Virus record (IMG/VR): IMGVR_UViG_3300023198_000559
Span: 15,996 to 79,995 of that record
Source of the DNA: a virus
DNA length: 64,000 nucleotides
Reading direction: 5' to 3' (one strand)
Under the pieces are notes generated by a model, which had not been told where the DNA came from, made no database searches, and saw only the letters and a program-made list of their open reading frames with translations. Every line of letters begins with the position of its first letter. The first letter of the stretch is position 1. Of this stretch, positions 47,601-56,600 are shown in pieces. The translations under genes and the position numbers were made by a program.

Positions 47601-50600
47601 CTATTGGTAATGCAATCAAAGAAAACCTTAATACTGAAATCACAGCTCACCAAACTGAGTTGATGAAGTATGGTATCATTACTAATGATAAGGAGAATAA
47701 ACTTTTAGACTCTGACATAGAGAACATAACTGAGTACACAGCTGATTACTATATCAACGACTTAGTTAACTCAACTGCTATCTCACAAATTATCCAGGGA
47801 GACCTGGCCAAGGCTAAGAATCCTTTCGATAGGGTTAAGCGTAATGGTGGTGAACTAGCATATGGTACTCACTTTGGTGAAGGTACTTATAAGGTTGTAT
47901 ACAAGACTGAGGATAAGAGAAAGTCCGATGGCATAGACAGAGACGACGCTCAGGTGTACGTAAGTATGAAGAGACGTATAGAGCAACTTGACAGACTTGG
48001 ACGTCTTACAGATGAAACTAGAGCTATCCTTCAAAAGGTAGCGGATGGACAACCTTTAATAGTCAATGACAAAATAGATGAGTATGCTAAAATAGATTTA
48101 CTTCCTTTAAAGACTGTACACTATGGTGACCAGGATGGTTACATGGTTTATCACAAAATGTCAGAGACTGTATTAACAAGAGATTTAACTTCTAGGTTAT
48201 CGACGAAGGATGGTGTAAGTGTTTGGGTAGCTAAAAAAGGTAAAGAGAAATTGCACAACATGCTTGAGTTCATGGAGGCTAATGAGGTAGATAGTATTGT
48301 TACACTATCTGCATCTAAACTTGAGAATCCTTCTGAAGCTCTTACAGACGATGAGTTTGTAAATGGTATCCCTACAATGGGTGAACGTTTTACAGACCTT
48401 GACAATCGTTATCTTCGTCTGCAAGTTGAAACACATTCAGGTAAAGAGAAGATTGTATCAGGTACTCAAATGGCTCAGCTGATTGATCTCTTATATGAGA
48501 CAAGTCCCGGGCTAAAGGATAGATATTACCAGTTACTAGCTGAAACTCGTGCAGAAGACTTCACTATTACGGAATTCATGTCCAAGAACGCGACTCTCTT
48601 AGCAAACAAATTAGTAGACAGTATTGAAACTTCCGGTGGAGATGCACAAATAGTAGAACTACTTACTGTAGAGAATGGAGAGTTTAAATACAACTTTAAC
48701 TTACCACACGTAGCAGAGAAGTTAGAACAACTACTGTTGTCACATTTCTCTAAAGGAGTACTACAACAAAAGGTACCCGGGTATAAATTAACGTTGATGT
48801 CTTCTTCTGGATACATGATAGAAGATAGCGAAACGGGTGAAGCAAGAGAACTTAAAACTCACCAGATATCTGAAGATGGAAAGGTTATTGAATTAGCTGA
48901 AGCTGCTATGACTCGTCGTGCTCTTCGTAAAATCTTAGGCCCTAAGGCTGATACTGCTAGTATTGAAGAAATAAATAAAGATTTACTCGAGATGGTAGGT
49001 ACACGTATTCCTACACAAGCTCACCACTCTATGATACCATTTAAGGTAGTAGAGTTTTTACCTGAATACTATGGAGATACTATTATCGCACCTGCGGGAA
49101 TTGTGGAGCTATCTGGCGCTGACTATGATATTGATTCACTATTTGTTTATAGAAAGGCCTTTTTCATGGACGCAGAGAAGAATGTACATGTATATGGTGA
49201 AGCTACTACACAGAAAGATAAGTACGCGGAGTATCTAAATCACCACATGTCTAATCTTTCTATAGCTAGAACGCGTAGAAATAGGGAAGCATCTTATCCT
49301 GGCAGATCTGTTGAGGAGATTCGTCAAGAAGTATTTGCAGAGTATGGTTTAATAACCAACTTTGATGCCTATGTTGCTAAAGGATTACCTAGTAATAATA
49401 GTAATAGAAACAACGAAATAGTAGATACATACTTAACTATTCTAACAGATCCTTCTGTTGAAGATATGTTTGAACCTGCTACTCTTACTTTAATAGAGAA
49501 GGCGGTTGCGGATGTCCACGATACAATTCGTAATAAAGGAAATGAAAACGCTACTGTTAATCACTATGGGTCTAATGGAAAACTTAAGGCTCATACTGCG
49601 ACCTCTACCGGTAAACGAAATGTTGGGCCAGTAGCTTTTATTAATAATGTCTCTGCCTTCATGACGAAGAGCAAGGTTAAACTCACAGATGCTATCGAAT
49701 TCCTTGGGAAGGAGTATGGTGACTATGGTATAACTACGGAGAAGGATATAGAAGTTTACAAAGAAGATGGTCAATGGAAGACACGAGAAGCGACTAGAGA
49801 GAATCAATCTAAGATTAACTCTTTATCTACACTTGTATCAGCTATGACAGATGACGCTAAGCACGGGTTCTCTGCTAAACTAAACCTCGAAGAATTCAAT
49901 CTCGGGTTGTTTGCTAGTATGATATCTTTAGGTATAGGATTTAATAGAACAATGTTATTCTCTTCACAGGATGTACTTGCTGAATTGAGTTCAGAAATTA
50001 AGTCTTCCGGAATACCTCACGAAGCTGCTCTGGCCGCTAAGATAGTTGAGTATGAGAAGAAGGCTAATATGGATGCCATCCCTTCATTGAAAGCACAAGA
50101 CCTGGTGGATAACTTACTTCCAGGCGAAAGAACTATTGAAAGAGATGTAGCAGTATTACATTTATATGATAGTATGCAAGAGACTACAGCTAAGTTCCAA
50201 GCAGTTGGTACAATTGTATCTCTAAATAAAGGAGCAGAAGTAGTGAATGTTATAGAACTTAACGAGAAAATAAAACGTGTAAATGAAATAGATGCTAAAG
50301 AGAATGGCAAATATCCTTTCTATACTAATCTTTGGGAATCTCTTATGTCTAACGCGAATACTTCTACTAACATGAGAATTCTTGATAGTATTAAAAGTCA
50401 AATGTCTAGATGGTTTATATCAGGTATAGGTACTTATGATAATATAATGGAAATATTGGATCCATCTTTGAAGAAGTTTCTAAAGACTCAAGATAAAACT
50501 ACTGTTGATAGAGCTATTAAATCTTTCTTAACAGCTAGAGGTTATCAAAGAATGTTAGAGAAACATGGTTCTGACATGAAAATATCAGATTTTAATGCTC

Positions 50601-53600
50601 TTATAGAGCCCGGGATTAAGAACGAGTTAATCGAAAAGACCCTGGCCAAGCAAATAGAGGAGCTTTCTAATCAAGAAGATAAGCAAGCTGCTAAAGATTT
50701 TAACAATAATGAATTCATAAAAATACTACGCACACAGTTTAAATTTACTGCTGATGGTATACTTAATGCAAAGAACGAATCTGAGTTAGACTTAGTAACG
50801 TCGAACATGCGTATCAAGAGAAACCCTCAGACAATAGATAGAATTACAAATGGGTTTGTAGAACTTAGTCTAGACCATCCTGAGTTAGCTAAGAACTTAT
50901 TCAGGTATGCCATGGCTAAAGATAGTCTACAGTTTAATAGTACTAGTTTCCTTAAATTTTTAGATGTTACTTATTTAGCAGTAGCGTCAGAAGGATTGGA
51001 CTCTATCATGGATGACCCTTCAGGTAATGCAGGGATGGAGTTTGATTTTGTAAAACTGTTTGCGGGATACAGTCCTAATAATACTCTATTCCCTGCAAAG
51101 AATTCTCAGTACTTAAAGTCTGTAGGTGTATTTGATATCAAAGACGGTACATTTACTCTTAAGTTACCGGAGGATAGAAAAGGTCTTGAACTACCTCCAT
51201 ATATCTTTAAAACTAAAGGAGGACAAATCTACATGAAGGAAAGTGCTGCAGGTAATATTTGGACACAACTAGAGTCTTTTGGTGATAAGTACCAACTTCT
51301 ATATCATATGTTGTATGAGGAAGTTACTGGTGCAGGTATTAAAAGTATATCGCCAGAAGTTAAGGTAGACAAAGCTCAGGAGATAGTTCCTAAGGCTAAA
51401 GTAACACCTACTATACCTACCGTGAAACCTCCGTCTAAAGAGATGAGCCAGGAGAAAGGTAATAGATTAGAATATGATAATACCTCAGTTCCAATTGAGT
51501 TCACACTTGGAGAAGAACAGGCTCAGGCTTTAGAAGGTCTGCTTGATTTTGTAACTAAGGAGAGCGGTATATCTAAAACACTACAAGGTTCTGCAGGTAC
51601 CGGTAAGACAACTATTATCTCTTTCATGGAAAGGATAATTAAAAAAGGAGGCTATCCACACAATGTTCTTTACATGGCGCCTACGCACGCAGCTACTGCT
51701 GTACTAGGATTTGAAACTATGAAGAGTGGTAACAGGTATCTTCCTGCTACTATCGCTAGTAGTTTACGCGATGACTACGAAGGTCCTGGCAAAACATTTG
51801 CTAAGAAGATGCAGGATAGGTTTAGTGATTTCAAACCACCTCTTATTATTGTAGACGAATCGTCTATGTTAAGAGAGGATGAAATTGACGGACTGGAACA
51901 AGCTGTAGAGAAATTTGGCGGTAAGATAATCTTTATGGGAGATATCGCTCAGATACCTCATGTAGATCCACGTAACCCTGCAGTTAAACAAGTATCCAAA
52001 GTATTCTCTGCTCCGGACAAGATAGTACTGAATGAAGTGTATCGTCAGTCTAAGGGTCCACTCTTGAATCTCCTTACTAAGATTCGACGTAATACACAAT
52101 TTGTAAATTACAAAATAGCAAAAGTATTTGAATCACTTAAGTTCTTACCTGCTAAGGATTTCTCTGTAGAGATTATTGAGGATATAAAGAATAACAGTGA
52201 AAACACAGTGTTTATTAGTTATACTAACAAGTCTGTAAAAGGAGCTAACGCGCGAGCACGCGAGATATTAGGTAAAGGACGTTACACTGAAATAGGTGAT
52301 TCTATATTAGGATACATAGGATATCAAAACAAACAGATAGAGAAACAACATCTTGCTAATTCCATTAAGTATACTCTAACCGGTATCAAAGATGGTCCTA
52401 GTGATGGTGCAAAAATCTTAAATGTTGAATCTGAGAATCTAGGTAAACTACAAGATGGTGGTTTACAAGGAGTTAGACGTGAGGCAACAACTGTATACTA
52501 TCAACTAGAGAACGATGATTCTTTACAATTTGATTTATCTCAAGAACAGCTTGCTGAAAATAATAGACAAGTATCTTCTGTATTTAAAGAACTGTATGAA
52601 TTAGTATTAAGAAAAGCGGATACGAATATGTCCTGGAGGTATTTTACGGAATCAAAAAGATCTATTACTGAGAAGTTAGCTTCTGTAGAATTAGGAGATA
52701 CTTATATGTATGACCATATTCAAGACAAGATGGTGAAGTTTAATGCACAAGGGTTCCAACAACTTAGAAGTCAGTTACCTATTAGGTTAGGCAATGAATT
52801 TAAGTTTGAGAAAGGAATTGATTATGGACATGCTATTACTATCCATAAGAGTCAAGGTATGACAGTTGATAATGTATACTTCGACTTAAGTTCATTAACC
52901 GGTATAAGAGATACTGAGATTCATGACAGAGGACGTCAGATAAACAGTGAGAAGAATAGTATGTACTATGTAGGTATGTCACGAGCAGCTAAGAAACTTG
53001 TAGTTAACGCTACCGGTATCCCGTTCGACGAAACCTTTGATACTACTAAAGATGTTTCTGCAGAAGTAGAACCAACTCTTGCTCCACCTATTGAGCCAGG
53101 GAATAAGTTTCTAGCTACTAAACCTTTAAAGATGACCTTAGCAAATGAAGACAAGATTAAGAAAGGTGAAAAGAAAGCAACTAGTCGAACATTCGAATTA
53201 GCGCCAGGTAAGTACGTATTGCCTAAGGGTACTGTTATACAACTTAAAGGAGGGTTTGCTGAAAGTATAGATAAATTAGATGATCCTAATTTATGGGCAC
53301 GTATGGAAGGGTTTGAGGATTTAGAAGACTTTAAAAAGAATGCTGCTTTCAAACACACAAAAGAATTTATAGATGGTAAAGGTCCTGGGTTATATATTTA
53401 CAAACTACAAGTTGTAGAGGAAACCCCTATTGTTGAATATAAAGGTCCTAGTGCATTCCCTAAAACTAAAGCGGAAGCTCTAGCTAAGAAGGTGAGAAAA
53501 TCTAAGAATATACTTTCGAAAAAAGATGGTTTAGATACCTTAATATCGTACAACTTTGGTAAGGTTATTAAGAGGCTCTCTAAGGCCTTCGGCATCAAAG

Positions 53601-56600
53601 TGGAGTATGTATATCAACCAGACGCGAACTGGTCAGGAAGGTATCAGCATGGAGTCGTACAGCTTAATCTAGCCCTCCTCCAGAGTGACACTCCGTTCCA
53701 CGAATTTGCCCACCCTTTTGTGGAGGCAATTCGAATACAGAACAAAGCTTTATATGATAAGTTAGTTGCAGAGATTAAGAAAGAAGGTACGATACTTGCA
53801 AAAGTAATCGAAGAATACCCTGAACTTGATGATGCAGGTAGAATAGATGAAGCTATCACTACAGCAATTGGTATGTATGGGGCTAAAATCGCTAACATGC
53901 CTAAGACTTTAGTAGAGAAGATAAAAGAATTCCTTCAAGAGATTATGCGATTCATCAAAGGATTGTTTACTCCAGGGACTATCTTCTTGCCTTCAGAGCT
54001 TGACCCTAATACAACACTTCAAGACTTAGGTGCTATCATGGCTAAGAATACTCAGGTATTCGCATTAGGCGAACTAACTGATGAACAAGCTAAGTATCAA
54101 AAACAACAGGCCTCTAAACTTACAGTTGACCAGGACCACGTAGGTCAGGTTGCGAATAAGACTAAGACTTCTTCATTGAGAGAAGTGGATCCAGACCTTG
54201 AACATAAAGTGGGTGACAAATTGGCAGTGTATGCTAATAGTAGAAGCCAGGGTATGATTGTTGAATTGACTGCTGTGAAGACACTTAAAAGCCTTAAAGA
54301 TATAGATAAGAATAAATTCGCAGAGAGTTTAGGTTATAAGGACTGGGCGGACTTTACAGAACAAAATAAATACGCGCAAAAGGATTCTCCGGCTGCTCAA
54401 AACTTTCCAGCACTCTACAATTTTCTAAAAGGAGAAGGTGAGATGCAATGGCTACAGTATGAGATGGTTGACATTGTACCTATTGGAGCTGAGAGTTATC
54501 TTGAAGATAAAATCAAGAGAATAAAAACAGTAGTTAAAAAGCAAATTGATAGATACAACTCTATTATAACAAAGAAAGGAAGTAGTGAAGAGAAGATCAA
54601 ATTGTTTGTTAAACGTAGAGAACGTTTATTAAAGACTATTGATGCTATTGATGATGCTTCAGGTGTAGCGAGTTACATTGAAGACGCGAAAAAAGATTTA
54701 GCAGCAGCTAAGTCAGAGTTGAAAGAACTTATGAATCAGATAGGTAACGTGAGAAACCTTACTGATAGGAAAAGAAAGAAAGCTATCAATGACTTGCATT
54801 ACATACAAGAATTTATTGTTGCTTATGATGTAATCGATAAAATGTCGAGAGACGAAATTGAGGACCATTTAGGTGATACAGAATTAGCTAAGCTATTTGG
54901 TGAAGCTAAGAATGATCTTGATAGTATTAAGAAAAGTATAGACAAAACAGCGATACCTCTACTAGCTTCTTGGTTGTTAACGTTTAGTGATATAGACGTA
55001 GATAAAGCTAATGCATACTTTGAGGACCAGATTACTAGAATCCAGGACAACCCTAGAAAATCTGATGGTGATAAAGCTTCTTTAATTTCCAAACTGATGG
55101 AAAAGAAAGCAGAAATGGTTCTTACACAAAGCAGTTTAGAAGAGCAATTACGTCATGCTGTTAGAGATGTAGGTTTTGGTTCTCTTTGGTTAGAGGCTGC
55201 TATATCTTCATCAGACCAGGTTACTTCCTTATTCGCGAAAGCAGTTAAGTTCCAAGAGTTCCAGGCGAACTTCCTGGATAGAATGAATCAACAGAAAATT
55301 GGTATTGCTCTTGCCGCGTTCGAAAAAGAACAAGGTAAGGCAGGTAATAACATAGAGAAGTATTACGGAGAACTTATACAAGAAGTTAACATTGAATTAG
55401 GAAGAGACTTTGATGGTTCTCCGCTAATTGAGAAGAGGTTAGTATTCAGAGATGTAGAAGATGTTAAGACACCGGCGGGCAAAGAACTGTTAAGTGTTCT
55501 TAAAGAAGTATATGGTGAAGCACAGGAACTACTTCCGGAGTCTCAAAACATGAAGGTGGAAATTACAAATTCTAAAGAGATTGTAGATTCGTTACCTTTC
55601 GTTAGAAGATCTGGTGCAGATAGAATAAAATCAAATGGTCTTTGGAATACTATTAAGTCAGAGTTCCAGGAAATATACAAGCCTCTTTCTACAGATACTG
55701 ATTATGGATATACCACTGAAGCGGGAGAAGTTATACGCTCAGTACCTATTCATTATACTAAACGTGGCGTTGATGACAGAGCTATGGATAATAAAGATGT
55801 TACAAAAGATATTGTAGACTCTGTATTGAAGTTCTCTCAGATGGCTAATAAGTATAATATGTTTAAAGCTATTCAGTCTGAAGTTGAGTTTATGGAAGGT
55901 GCTATTGAAGATAGAACAGTTCCAGAAATTACACCTGCAGGTAATAAGAAGTTTGATAAAGTAGCGAACATCTTTGGATTAAAAGAGTTTGTAAAATCTG
56001 ATACTGCTAGAGTAAATAAAAGACTACAAGAGTTTATCAATATGACCTTCTATGGTCAGCATGAAAAACCTAATATTGAAACCCTATTTGGGCACGAAAT
56101 AGATACTAACAAGCTTTTAAACTTTTTAGGTAAATGGACTGGTTTCACTACACTTGCGTTAAACTTCCTATCAGCTCTTAATAACGTGATACTTGGTAAC
56201 TTCTATATGTTCCAAGAATCTGTAGCTAGGCAAAACTTTGGAGATCTTAAACTAAACCTTGCAGAAGGGAAGGCGATCTATTATAAAGGAGCAGCTAGAA
56301 TGGTGGGAGATATTGGAAAAATTGAGGGTCTTTCTAAAGAAACTCAGTTAGTAAGAATGTATGATGCAATGCAAGGATCCTTCCGTGACATTTCCGGAGG
56401 CTTTGTTACCGGTAGTAAAATGAAGAAGTTATGGCAGGGAAGTTCTCTGTTTTTTATGAACCATATAGGTGAGCATGAAATGCAAGTATCTAGTTTGTTT
56501 GCAGCTATGGCAGGTCAGAAATTAACCACTAAAGCTGGTGAAGAAATAAATTTATGGGACGCGTACTCTTTAGATGACAAGGGAAACCTTGCATTGAGAG

